In this document: positions 1 through 12,476 of the stretch, piece after piece | How the letters are laid out: the number at the start of each line of letters is the position of its first letter | Position numbering within the stretch: position 1 is the stretch's first letter | DNA from: Epiperipatus broadwayi | Lineage: Eukaryota > Animalia > Onychophora | Length of the DNA: 64,000 nt | Assembly (NCBI GenBank): GCA_028023455.1 | Contig: JAQFVV010000005.1 | Location: 22,816,001-22,880,000, forward strand | Direction: 5' to 3' | Position numbers and translations under genes: made by a program | Notes under the pieces: model-generated | Seen by the model: the letters and a program-made list of their open reading frames with translations, nothing else | Told to the model about the DNA's origin: nothing | Databases searched by the model: none

Positions 1-141
1 ATAAATGGAAAAAAACTAACTTCGATAAAAAATAGCGTACAAAAACTTTTCCTAGACTTAATAGACACTAGGTGACAATACTTTGTGTTATATTTATATA
101 AAAAGAGGAACTATTTGATAGTTGAAATTAGAATAAGAATT

Positions 142-430
142 AAAATAGGCAAAACTCTCTCCATACAGTAGTGCCACTCAAAGCAAGACAGAGTAATCAA
201 TGGATGCCAGAAGGCTTGTGCATAAAATCCCTATCTAGTGCCTATTCATCCAATATCTAGTTTGGGGATATTGGATGAGTAGCACTAGATAGGGATTTTA
301 TGCACAAACCTTCTGGCATCTATTGATTACTCTGTCTTGCTTTCAGTGGCACTACTGTATGGAGTAAGTTTTGCCTATTTTAACAAGTTATGAGCAAGCG
401 TGGGAGATAGCGATCATGTGATGTTTAAGG
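142..430. mobile_element. Family A (hammerhead-bearing, Penelope-like) fold-back insertion, copy 1
   Basis: Inverted arms ~142-258 and ~266-381, plus a 49-nt tail on the right. 13-bp direct repeat TAGAATAAGAATT at 129-141 and 431-443. Same sequence family as copies at 2679, 16058, 22642, 28386, 29056, 34168, 35304, 39889 and 40685. Confidence 0.9.
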
Positions 431-455
431 TAGAATAAGAATTGTATAATATAAA

Positions 456-1278
456 TGTAATCACCGGTAACATAAAAGTTGGAAATCAAAAAAGCACATT
501 GTTTTCAAAGAAAAAGTAAAGTACTCCAGAAGAAAAGATAAGAAATAATTAATAATAGAAAAAGGTTGGCTTAAAGAAATAAAAACAAACGTATAGTCGT
601 TTATTTAATAAGAAATAATTAATTACAGAATTTTGGCATGCTAAAGTCCTGTTTGTTAACGAAATAATCGTGGTAAGAAAAAATATAAATTAAAACTTGA
701 AAAGATTTTGTTTGGGATTAAATTAAAATTCACTCATTAAATCTGTATGTCGAGATTTAATTAGTGTGAGGATAAGAATGTAGTGGCGTGTAAATAGGGA
801 AAAATTGTTGCTACAATTGTTTTGTGTCTTCATTGTTTTTCATGTGAGATGTCGAGCAAGATCGCGTGAGTGTTAGCCGCAGTCACCGATGAGTTTCCTA
901 TCCCAGGCACCAGTTACTTGAAAATTAATGAGCTGGTTAGGATTCCATACAGATCGCCCTGAGCTTATTATTATTTTTTATTCGCCTGAAAAGGCTCGCA
1001 GAGGAATTACCACCAGAGGGTAATATGATTTTATTTTGTCACTTAGACTTTTAATTAATATTGTGGATTGAGACATTAGAACTATCTATAGTAAAATATA
1101 TCTATAGGTATAGATGTGCAGAACAGTATTGAGATTGAATTCTAAATGTTTCAGTTGTGTGGATTGCATAGTGATATATATTTTGTCTATTTATTCAATA
1201 AATAAATAAATTTTCATTATATTGGATATTTGAAATTATTTAATTCTCACTTATCGTATTTTGCTGTGATCTGTTACA
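456..1278 (+). mobile_element. Possible solo LTR
   Basis: TGTAAT... start and ...GTTACA end, AATAAA runs near 1198, GC/CpG-richer core at 840-1020. No TSD found. Confidence 0.25.
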
Positions 1279-1488
1279 TTTTTTTTGTTAACAGATATAT
1301 AGCACTATGTAATATCTATATCTCCAAAACATTTTTTTTTTTTTTTATCAGTAAGGAATCAGGATTCAAAGCTGGAATTAATGTGTTTGTGCATCTAGAA
1401 GGCGTTGAAATTTAAAACGTATGATAGATTCTTCTAAAGAACAAACATCAATTTTCTTGGGAATATGATTGAAATAAAATCTATTTTT

Positions 1489-1672
1489 GGTAGTCTTCGG
1501 TTAGCTTTGCTACCAGCTAGCTGGTGGAATGTTCCTGTGCTTACGCATGGGGAACAGCTCCACCTAGCGGCTGGAACAAGCATTGCTGCTTTTGGCCCCT
1601 ACTATGGATATTTCTGTGTGTTTACACAGAAACCGCCTCTAGCGGCAGGGGTACAGCTAATCGAAGACCACA
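1489..1672. mobile_element. MITE, 184 bp
   Basis: 18-bp imperfect TIR (GGTAGTCTTCGGTTAGCT versus reverse-complemented right end TGTGGTCTTCGATTAGCT). 8-bp TSD CTATTTTT at 1481-1488 and 1673-1680. Confidence 0.75.
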
Positions 1673-2170
1673 CTATTTTTAATGTAACTATCATTTTAAT
1701 CTTGGAATGCACTAATCTATAATCTGTCCAACAATCTGTGCTTGTATGTGCTCAATACAAAAGGGAATTGTCTTGTATTCTGACTCCTAATTATAATGAA
1801 ATATATTAAATTCCATTGTTTCAGTGTGAATACATCCATGTTATTTTATAGCCATTTTTCACCTAAAACAAATGTGATAATCAATGCAGATGTTGTTGTA
1901 CCTGAATTCAATAATAAGAAACCATTTGAATTTACAGCATCAATACCATTATTTCCCATGAGTTTTGATCAAAATCTATTTATATTAACATGTGCATTAA
2001 AGTCTTCAAGAAGAAAAAAAATGATCTTTTAATAGTATTATTATAATAATGCTGTTGGAACAAGGAATAAGAGTTTTTCTTCTCGAATCTAAGATTGAAA
2101 CATGGGCACTAATAAAAAGATCAGCAATATCTTTGTGAAATATAATAACTACTCTTTCTTATTGCATTGC

Positions 2171-2406
2171 CAAATATATACCATATAATACTAAATTGTC
2201 CAAGCACTTTGCTACTGTTACTCAATGTTTTTTACCACCCTTTCTTACAGTTTACAGTTTCGATTGCCCCAGCAATCTTCAGAACTTTATATCTCCTAAC
2301 CTCAACTGTGCAATCGAAACTGTATACTGTAAGAAAGGGTGGTAAATAAAGCATTGTGTAACAGTAGTAAAGTGCTTGGACAATTTAGTATTATATAATA
2401 TATTTG
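2171..2406. mobile_element. Fold-back with degenerate minimal hammerhead (Penelope-like remnant)
   Basis: ~97-bp inverted arms (2171-2267 and 2310-2406). Minus strand 2250-2285 reads GTT-CTGAAGA-TTGC-TGGG-GCAA-TC-GAAAC-T-GTA-AAC. No clear TSD. Confidence 0.65.
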
Positions 2407-2678
2407 TGCATGGCAGATTTTAATATGGTATGAGATAAACCTAATAATGATCAATTTTTAATCGTAGATACCATTTTGCAATCAGTAACTTAACAAAAAT
2501 TGCTTTTTGCAGATGGTCTGGGTAAAAGCAGTAAAATATAATTAATGCAAAAAAATATTAATATATACTGTGGATTTTTTTATATTCTACATTATTAAAT
2601 AAATTTAAACCATTTTTTTCTCCCATAAATTTTAAATAATTAAACCTTTTAAAGTTAAATAAAGGAATTTAACTATTT

Positions 2679-3112
2679 AAACAAAGGCAAAACTCTCCAT
2701 ACAGTAGTGCCACCCTGTGCCAAACAGAGTAATCAATGTATGCCAGAAGGCTTGTGCATAAAATCCCTATCTAGTGCCTACTCATCCAATATCCCCAGTC
2801 TAGTTTCTGGCTTGTGATCATCATCAGTGAGGAGCCTTGGATCTGAGAGCACTGCACTTAGATCTTAGGATCTAATGTAACCCTCCAGCAGCCACCTTTT
2901 AACTCTACTTTACTACAAAACTATGAGAATGAAATTGAAAACATTGTTAATATCTTCAATCTAAGCTCAATAGCTTATATAGTCATATGGGTCTGAACTC
3001 AATTCAGCTCCCATATATTTTGGCACAGGGTGGCACTACTGTATGGAGAGTTTTGCCTTTGTTTACAACAATTATGTGCTAGTATAGAGAAGGTGATCAT
3101 GTGATGTTTAAT
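2679..3112. mobile_element. Family A fold-back insertion, copy 2
   Basis: Long arm 2679-~2945 and short inverted arm ~3019-3064, plus a 48-nt tail. TSD AATTTAACTATTT at 2666-2678 and 3113-3125. Confidence 0.9.
2793..2833 (-). ncRNA. Type I hammerhead motif, family A (cleavage triplet mutated to GAC)
   Basis: TCCTCA-CTGATGA-TGAT-CACAA-GCCA-GAAAC-TA-GAC-TGGGGA. Stem I pairs TCCTCA/TGGGGA and extends through TCCAA/TTGGA, CTCA/TGAG and AGTGC/GCACT. Confidence 0.75.
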
Positions 3113-3961
3113 AATTTAACTATTTGTAAGCTTATAACCATTTCCCAGGGCCTCTAATAATATTAGATATTGGCAGCGGAATTATGTAAATAAAATTATG
3201 TCTATGGATTACCAGTAATTGGTCTATAACTTTAATCCATAAGTAATGCCTAGTTACTTTTATAATTATTTTAATGAACTTTTATTTTTATGGAACACCA
3301 AACTAAGTGTTTTAATATATGACAATGAACTAAATACACTCACATAGTTTATAAATGTTCCATATCCCTGTCACTAAATGTTTTCAGTAAAACATGAGGT
3401 CACAGCTGCCATCAACATAAAATAAATTTTAATTTTTGCATTAAAGTTATTCTTTAGCACTCCTGAAGTCTATGGATTAATCAAAATTATTAGAAAATCA
3501 AAGATTATAAAAGGCATTGTATTCAAATGCATAGATGTGGGTTTTTAAAAGTTTTAATGTTTTACTATTTTTTAAATACACAAATTGACTACAAGCCAAT
3601 TACAAATTTTGATACTATTAGCTTAATTCCTAAATTATAAACATTACTAGAATAAATAAATCTCAAATGGGAAAAACATTTTGATTGCAATATTTGTTTG
3701 TCAAGAGAATCTTCATTTAAACTATAATCTAAGAAAAACTGTCCAAGTAAATTACCCGTAATAAAGAGAATTACAATCAATTTAAATTCTAAATCGCTTC
3801 AAGCAGATTTTTTACTAGTAGAAATTTCAGGTGAGAAAAAGAATGATCAAAAACAATATGAAATTCAAACATTTATCATTCATACACATCCATAGAAATA
3901 ATAAATCAGTAATGTAATTTATAGAACTTCTTAAAACATTTATGATTATAAAATAATGAAT

Positions 3962-4280
3962 AATAATCAGAAAATAATAATTCTTTACAACAGCTATATA
4001 ATCAAATAATAATTTTATGCATAAAAAGCTTTTTTCAGCACCTGCTTTGGTGCCCTTTTCAAATGTTATTAATCTATTTAACGTTAACGAATCACCTAAC
4101 ATAAAATGTTAAATAGATTAGTAACATTTGAAAAGGGCACCAAAGCCGGTGCTTAAAAAAACTTTTTATGTATAAAATTATTACTTGATTATATATAGCT
4201 GTTGTGAAGAATTATTATTATTTTCTGATTATTATTTTGTGGAAGAGCAGCATAAGGATTTTTATTCCTTTCCAATTTTG
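3962..4280. mobile_element. Family D fold-back insertion with hammerhead-like topology
   Basis: ~120-bp inverted arms (3962-4082 and 4108-4233) and a 47-nt tail. 12-bp TSD AAAATAATGAAT at 3950-3961 and 4281-4292. Confidence 0.8.
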
Positions 4281-4769
4281 AAAATAATGAATGAATTATA
4301 GAACTTTTTTACCTAGAATTTTGAAACGATAATAATCAATTCGTATGTATGTCTTATAAATGATAACATTTGAATTCTTGCCATAAATATCTATTAATGG
4401 TAATTTGTGATGCTTTAGAATTTAAAATCATTAATAAAAATCCTTCTGTTAACTAATTTTTTCAGATTTTTTTACTTAGTTTGTAAAATGGACATTTCAC
4501 TCTTGAAGATATTTTGCAACATCTATCAACTTTAAAATGTAGAAGTAATTATTGTAGAAACTTTGTTACATGAAGATTAGATTAAATAACGATTTATGGA
4601 TTTTCAGAAATGTTCACAACCAATAAGTTCTGTGGAGTTTTTATTCTTGCTTGAAGCAATGAATCTTTGTCAGTAATAGATGTCAGTGATGAAGTAGCTG
4701 GGAAAGAACTGATCCCAAAAGTCATGAGTGTCATTTCAGAACTGTGGTCTCTTTTTATTCACTTCTTCT

Positions 4770-5415
4770 TTTTTTATTTTCATCTTCTTTGTTGGTCTAC
4801 TTTTTTATTCTCTTCTCTTTGTTTATTATTGTCTGCTCTTTGTTGGTCTCTCTTTTTATTATCTTTTTCTCTTTGCAGGTCTGTTTTTATTATCTTCTTT
4901 TAGTTTATTGCCATTCTCTCTTTGTAGGTCTCTCTCTTTATTCTCCTCTTTGTTTATTATCATATTCTCTTTGTTGGTCTCTCTTTTTATTCTCTTCTCT
5001 TTGTTTATCATTTCTTTGTTGGTCTCTTGTTATTCTCTTCTTCTCTTTGCTGGTCTTTCTTTTTATTATCTTCTCTTAGTTTATTCTCACCTTCTCTTTG
5101 TTGGTCTCTCTTTTTATTATCTTTTTCTCTTTGCAGGTCTGTTTTTATTATCTTCTTTTAGTTTATTGCCATTCTCTCTTTGTAGGTCTCTCTCTCTTTA
5201 TTCTCCTCTTTGTTTATTATCATATTCTCTTTGTTGGTATCTCTTTTTATTCTCTTCTCTTTGTTTATTATCATTTCTTTGTTGGTATCTTGTTATTCTC
5301 TTTGCTGGTCTTTCTTTTTATTATCTTCTTCTCTTAGTTTATTCTCACCTTCTCTTTGTTGGTCTCTCTTTTTATTATCTTCTTCTCTTTGCTGGTATCT
5401 CTTTATCATCTTCTT
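4770..5415. repeat. TC-rich compound minisatellite with a 258-bp higher-order duplication
   Basis: ~30-bp units of the CTCTTTGTTGGTCTCTCTTTTTATTATC type. GCAGGT landmark recurs at 4875 and 5133. The F/L/S-rich plus-strand ORFs are low-complexity artefacts. Confidence 0.85.
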
Positions 5416-8400
5416 TAAAAGAAAAATAATTGGGATAACATGGAAGCATCCTCTCTTCTCTGGGTTCCTTCCATTAGTTACTGATCATTTTCTTTTGAAT
5501 CACATTCTTCTTTCATCTTTTTCACTTTTTCTATTATGAGCATAGATATTTCTACTAGAGACTTTTACTCTTCAAGAAAACTTTGTTAAATACAAATATG
5601 ACTTTTTAAAAATATCTTTTAAAATAAATTTAACATCACCTCCTTTTCCATACAGCCAAATTTCACCATACTTAACACTACTACTATATTATTATTACCC
5701 TAATCTGCCTTTCTTTCAACCTTATTATTTCAATACCTGAATTTATTTGATTTATTTTCCAATTTTATCCTGTTTCTAGATATATGATGGGTTTCCATTT
5801 TCCTTGTATTTTTATTATAAGTACATATACATGTACAAAAACAAGTTCATGTTAAGAACTATTTATCAAAATCTTTCTTACAGATCTGATGAGAACGTTA
5901 CAGCAAAAGAATGCATAGTGATCTGAAATTCTGGGGTAGATACAGAATCCAGTCATTGGACTATAAGTATGCAATGCAGCATGAACAACCAAAGGTCTAT
6001 CTCAATTTATTCACTATAAGCTATTGCAACCCTTGGTATGAAAAAAATGCAAAAATATTTGCAAAACACTGCTCCTTTCAGTTTTAAGACCTGGAAAATA
6101 CAGAATTATGCCTTGCTCCCTTTCTGAAAAACTTAGGGGCTAGGGATCATAGCAGGACTATATTAACTGGACCATAATAAACAATAAAAAATATAAAAAT
6201 CTGAAAAAGAGTTGGAGCAATACCTGGAAAAGAACACTTCATGGAGTTGCATGAAAACATTGCATCCTCAAGCCAACAACAAAACCTTTCATCCATCATC
6301 AAAACTGAATATATCTAAAACAAATTTCAACAGTCAAAAACTTAATCCAATCTCCAAAATAATGCTTTATGTTCAACTTTAAATATGAACTCCTTAAATA
6401 AATTGTTCTATCATCATCTATAATCTTGTTGCATTCCACAATAATGTTTTAAATTAATTCTGCATCAAAATACAGAATTAGAATTTTTCAGGTGTATTTC
6501 TGAAATTCAAGTTTCACTGACTACCAGAACCTGATCATTATTGGGCCCCCAGTTGGATCACCAATTGTAACAGTCCAAATAATAGTGGTCCCACAAGTTG
6601 GGCAAACAATATGAAAAATAAAGGGGTTAATCTGAGGATACAATATCCCACATTCAGGTGCAATTATAACAGTATGGAAAATTCTAGTGGGTGCACCTAG
6701 GGTAATGGCACTCATCATCAATATCAAATAAACAATGTAAAAGGAATGAGCATGAGAGATCAGCCCAGAACTAACTATAAGTTCACCAGCATTACATAAA
6801 AGTAATAATCATTTATCTGAATGATCAATAATAATAAAATAAATCAACAGTCACTCTTATGACTGGATTTGAAAGTAGTCCACTATAAACCAGGCTAATT
6901 ATTAGTCACTGTCAAACCTAGGGTAGGAATACAAACAATAATTATCTGGATGCATATATTAAGGTGCTACTCCATCAAAATACAACAATAAGTCAAATAA
7001 TGCTGAAATACTAAAAACATCCTGACCATCATCAATGCTCTGACCATTTAGTACCATTCATACTGGCTAACTATAAATTAAATTTCTAAACAAATAAATG
7101 AAATGAAGTGCAAGGACTTTAACCTTTCAATTTAGCAGGAGACAGAATTTTGACTTTTGACCAATTCGCTCCCTGGTGAATTTTTTCATAAGTATTATAC
7201 ATTAAAATGTGTAGAAAACTATATTTTATTATACATAATTTTTGCTAAAAATTTTGTGGTAGAAGTGGGAAATTCAAAATTCCTGCTCTTACAATAGACA
7301 TAAGCCCCACCCTGACATGTTCAACCATTGTCTGTTGCAAAGGCTGTAAAACATTTGGTGTTTTATGATGTTTAAAATAAATACTTCCAATGACCAAAAA
7401 CTTGTTTACTTGTGAATTTATTATGGTTTTAGATATTTTTTAAAAAATAATTTATACTATATTTACTAGATATCAAGAAATATAAATTATTAATAACTTA
7501 TTTTGAGTTGAAATACTTTATTTTCAAAAATATAATGTTATATTAGCAGAGAATCTAAGCATGGCCTGAAGCAATTTACAAGCTTAGTTTCTATGTAAGC
7601 AATCTATTTATATTTGCAAGTATAGAAATATCGCAATTTTGCAATAAATATTCAAAAATTTTAAACTTTTAAAGCGTAATTCATTATATATATAAGAGAA
7701 ATAAATATTCATTTGAATGTTTAAAAATAATAAGAATTAAGAAATATTTTGTTGATTTTAAAAAGTGAAAATCTTTCTAGAAATGATGACATCTAAACTC
7801 TTTGTTTTGTTTAAAATCTCATTTTTTTAATATTTACAGAAAAAAAATGTGAACAGTTAAAATTTATTTTAGTAGTAAACAAAAATATCTATTAAATGAA
7901 GTCAAATTTATTATTTTCAGATAAGTAATAATCATTTTATCACATATTTTATGTTGATGTGTGAGACAAAAAATGTCAGAAAATGCAGAGCTTGAGAGGG
8001 TTAAAGGATATCCCTTTTATGCCAACCATGATCATCATCATCTGCATGTTCATATCACTAAATACAAATGCCTACTCCATAATAACTCATGCACAAATCT
8101 AGCTCAGGAAGCAAAAACTTTACAAACTTACTTTGAGCAGGAGATAAATAAATAAATATAGCAGCTTATTATAATTCACTTCAAATAATTCATAGGTTTA
8201 CCCTATTATATGTAAATAGTTTTATTGGGATCATTAATAAATCCTAGAACATTAAGCTATCATAAAATAAAATACACTGAAATGTATGAAATAGGAATTG
8301 GATAGAATAAAGAAATTAAGACTAAAAATATTTTTAAAACAGTTATTTAATAACTAATTGGTTAACAATAACAAAAAAATGATGTGATAGTATGAAATTT

Positions 8401-9119
8401 TAAGCATTCATTTCACCACAAAATATATTTCATAAAAATTATAATCAATGACATAATTTCTATTCATAAATTAACTTTTAATTATTCCTTTAAAATAACT
8501 AAGAGTTAGCTTAATTAATATTTTGCCAAGTATTTAGGAGGGAAAAATAATGTTTCACAAAAAAACAAAAACTGAATGGATTAAAACTATATATGTTTCA
8601 CAATTTAAAAACATTAACTTAGTGAAACTATTTTAAATTATCAAATCTTATTTAAAAAAATTTTTTTACTGGTTATGAAAATTTAATATGCATATATATA
8701 TATATATATATATATACTACCTTTAACCATGATATGATTCTTCTGTAAGTCCTTCCCAATTATAATTTCCAGTTTTCTTCTTGAAGGCTTCTACACATGT
8801 ACATGGTTAATTTGTTTCTTTTTGCTGTGCAGAAATTTTATCTATTTTCATTTAATTATTTCCTAAGTGAGACACACAGAGATCATGCTTTTAGTTGCAG
8901 ACAAGGTTGCAGATTTCTTTAGGGATAACTTCTCTACATTTTATTCTAGTGAAGGAAGGTTAATGGAGGAAGATGATATTTAGCTTTTAGCTCAATTTAG
9001 CACAGTTTTTATTGTAGAAACCATTTTTATGACTAAACTCATAGGATACTAAAAGCTTGTTTAAAACTTTGGTTCTATTATGCAATAGCTTAATTATAAC
9101 TTCTGCTTTTTTCTTCATT

Positions 9120-9322
9120 AGCATCTGGATTAAGACTTGACTGCTCTCTCTTCAACAACTATGTAAGGAATATCTACTCCTACTGTCTTTTTCAGCTGGT
9201 GGATTAAGACTTGGCTATTTTCTTCAACAACTAAGTAAAGAATATCTACTTCTGTCTTTTTCAGCAACTGTATTAAAACATGACTGTTTTCTTTGACAAC
9301 TAGATAAAGAATTTCTTCTACT
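9120..9322 (-). repeat. Three-copy 69-72-bp tandem repeat, possibly a decayed coding repeat
   Basis: Minus frame reads VEEILYLVVKENSHVLIQLLKKTEVDILYLVVEENSQVLIHQLKKTVGVDIPYIVVEE, then a 2-nt frameshift. Confidence 0.6.
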
Positions 9323-12300
9323 AGATACTTGGGTCTTCTGACTTATTTACACCCTTATTTTTTTCTAGAATAATCCTGTCTACAAGCCAATCACAATCTA
9401 TCTTTAACCTGATTGTTTTATAACAACAAATCAGATAAATTTTTACAAATACATTTTTTCAGCTATTTTCCTCCTTAATTATAGATATTGACAAACAAGT
9501 CAAGAACTTGAATTAACATCATAAAATTCTTGGCATTTTTTCTAATTAAAAAAAATTCTTACAAAAAAGAAAACAAGATACTCAGTTAATTGCACTGATT
9601 TGATTTTTTGCATTGAAGAGAGATAAAGAGAAAAGAAAAGCAACTCTAATTAAAAATAAAATTTACAAAAGTATTAAAATCTTTTTTTTTCTTTTTTAAA
9701 ATTACTTTAAATCTTTTCACTTTTGGCAGCCATATTGGATTTTTGGAAATTGTGATTTAAAACATACTTTTTATAACTTCACTTTGTATTATGCAAAGGT
9801 CAAGTGGTATGCGTTATCAAAAAGTAATATACCAAGGAATGTAAGATTATATAATGTGTCTGCTAATAGCTCTTAACAAGCTTTTCTGAATATCCCTATT
9901 TCCTTGATTTTCTTGCAACCAAGAAATGTAATAAAACTGAAAAATATAAGCATTATATATTCAAAATAGTAAAACAATAAGATTTTTATATTGCTTTATA
10001 AATACCATTTAATTATATTTTTAATAATAGCCTCATTAATTTCCTTACACAATTTCCAATAAAATGGTATATCATGTGACTTACCTATGATAGTGCATCA
10101 TTCCAAAATATCAAAAAATAAAGACATTGATATTTTTCATTTTTCTAGAAATCCCATATCTATTTCTTGCTTGTTAAGTATCTGTATAATCAATGAAGAG
10201 AAAGTAATAGAGAAGAACAAGTCTAAAATAGTCTTTAGGTTGGACGTGGCTCAGATACAATACAAGCGAAGATAGAAAGAACAAGTTTAGATTTAATGCA
10301 ATAATAATAACAATAATAATGATGATGATGATGATGATGCTATTTTTATAGTCTTGTCTTACTTTTCATCTAATGAAAAAGATTTTACTGTTAGATAGAG
10401 TCCATCTAAAGCATAAAATCAAGTGATTACTGTAAAATGATTGTTTAGAAGTAAATATTATTGCAACTATACAGCAAAATAATAATAAATTTAAAACTAA
10501 AGATGTTGATGTAATTTATTTATTCATGACTTCTCATCTGATCACAAAGTCAAAGCAACAATGTAGGAAGATGTTGCAGAAACTGATATATCAGATAACA
10601 CTCCTGAATAAAGCTAAGTGAGATGAAGTTTGTATAGTATATTACCTATTTCACTTTCAGTTGATAAACAATAAAGCAGTCTCTCTGAGCACTTGCTTTG
10701 TGTCTAATTAGCACTCTATAGTCAATAAAACTATCGTGCCTTTTTTCTAGGCAGGCAACACAGTACCTTTTTTTGGAATATTATGAAACTACTAAGAGCA
10801 TAACTTGAGTAACTGGATATCAGAAGTTGTATTTTTATCTATGAAAAACTATATGATACACATGGACATTATGGCTATCTGTACAGATCCAGAATTTGAA
10901 CTCAGTTCCTAATAGCTATCTGTTGCAGAAACAGCATTTGAAATCTCTTCACTGGTTTTGAATGACATTATTAAATGTTACCTGTAATTGGTAAATCTCT
11001 TAATAGTTTTATCAACTATACTTCTCTATGTATCTGATACACAGTTCTAAAGTTTAATGGTCATGTTTATATATATAACTGAGGTCACACACATATATAT
11101 ATCTAATTGGACTAAATTTTATTGCAATTTTTACTTTTAATATTTGTGTTTTTTTTTTATTGTTAAAATTTAGACAAGAAAACATATAAAAAGAATATCA
11201 TAAATGATTTTTTCCAGCTATTTTTCTATAAAATAATAACTTTTAAAAAATGCTTATGAGTGACTCAAAATCTAGTAATAATGTTCAATCGTAAAAAGTC
11301 TAATTCATCAGGAAAAAGATCCTGCAGTAAAGATAATCTCTATATTTATGAGCAAAGATGGCGTGTTAATTTTTTTTAGACATTATAATTACTATTACTT
11401 TTAAGAAATCATTAGCAAAAATTATGAGAGAAGCTTAGTTTGTCAGCCGCATGAGGAGAAATCACGAACAATGCTTGAATTAGATGTTCAACTATTATTC
11501 TTTGGTAAACGTTAAAAATCGTAAGAATAACAAAAATGAAACAACAAAACAAGTACTATTTAGAAAAATCATTATATCTTTTTTTTTTATCATAGTGAAA
11601 TGAAAATTACATTGGCTAAAAGGAAAATGGACACTGAATCGAATGATACAAAGTACACATGCACAGTGTGTATGATTTTCACGTTATCTAAATTGAAGCT
11701 GAGAATCGCTAGTTTAGAGACAGAAGCCCACATGATGGGCGTATAAGTGAAATGGTTAAACATAAAACGTTATCTCTCTTAAAATATTAAAATTAATATT
11801 TATTAAATAATTTACAAAATAGAGGAAATTATTTTTTTCTTAATATATTTTCATAGTTTAGAATAAAGCTACTAATTAATTATAATTACTAAAGAGAAAG
11901 TTTAAAAAACTTGTTTAGATTCTTTTACAACTTTCTCTTCTATAATCATTTGTAACTCTTATTAAATTATTTTTCTAGATAAAAATTAACTCTTATTAAA
12001 TTTTTCTCATATTAAAATCATATTATTATTTAATAAATGTAGTATTTGAGAATTCTCATACTATCACATTAGGACTTTAAATATTTAGTTATATAAAGAT
12101 CCATTATAAAAAATACATATGGGAAGATTAAATATTATTTTTGCCATTAATTAAATAATTTTATACTTAAACCTGAGGAACATACTGCCAACTAGCTCAT
12201 TATTTTTTAGTGCAGCTATGTAGCCAACTGGTTAGAGTATATATATAAAGAAATAAAACTTAACAAGAGTTTACTCATAAATAATATTAAATTTCAAAAA

Positions 12301-12343
12301 TCTTACACGTTTCACTTTTCAGCAAAAAAAAACTTTTATTGTT

Positions 12344-12383
12344 GATTACAGTTTCGACTGTACCATGCAGTCTTCATCAGATC
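12344..12383 (-). ncRNA. Minimal type I hammerhead ribozyme, family B (core intact)
   Basis: GAT-CTGATGA-A-GACTG-CATGGTA-CAGTC-GAAAC-T-GTA-ATC: 3-bp stem I, 5-bp stem II, vestigial stem III, GUA triplet. Confidence 0.8.
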
Positions 12384-12476
12384 TTATTCTATTCTTTTAA
12401 CTTTCTCTATCCTCCATCTTACTCTAGTCTACTCACTCACAACTAAATAATTTAGCTGTATATGTAAACTTTAAAT

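Noticed and set aside
4667-5539. Five overlapping F/L/S-rich plus-strand ORFs that look like membrane proteins
   Set aside because: They arise from a TC-rich repeat that cannot form stop codons, and several frames are open at once.
5880-7100. Possible decayed gag/protease region
   Set aside because: N-rich stretches but no recognisable motif in any frame.
7255-7272. TGGTAGAAGTGGGA resembling a tRNA-Leu PBS
   Set aside because: Needs a 3-nt gap, and there is no adjacent LTR.
7961-8155. 64-aa His-rich ORF
   Set aside because: GTG start, no homology recognised, and no convincing splice context.
11300-11750. Candidate small exons with AG/GT boundaries
   Set aside because: No recognisable protein; such signals are frequent by chance.
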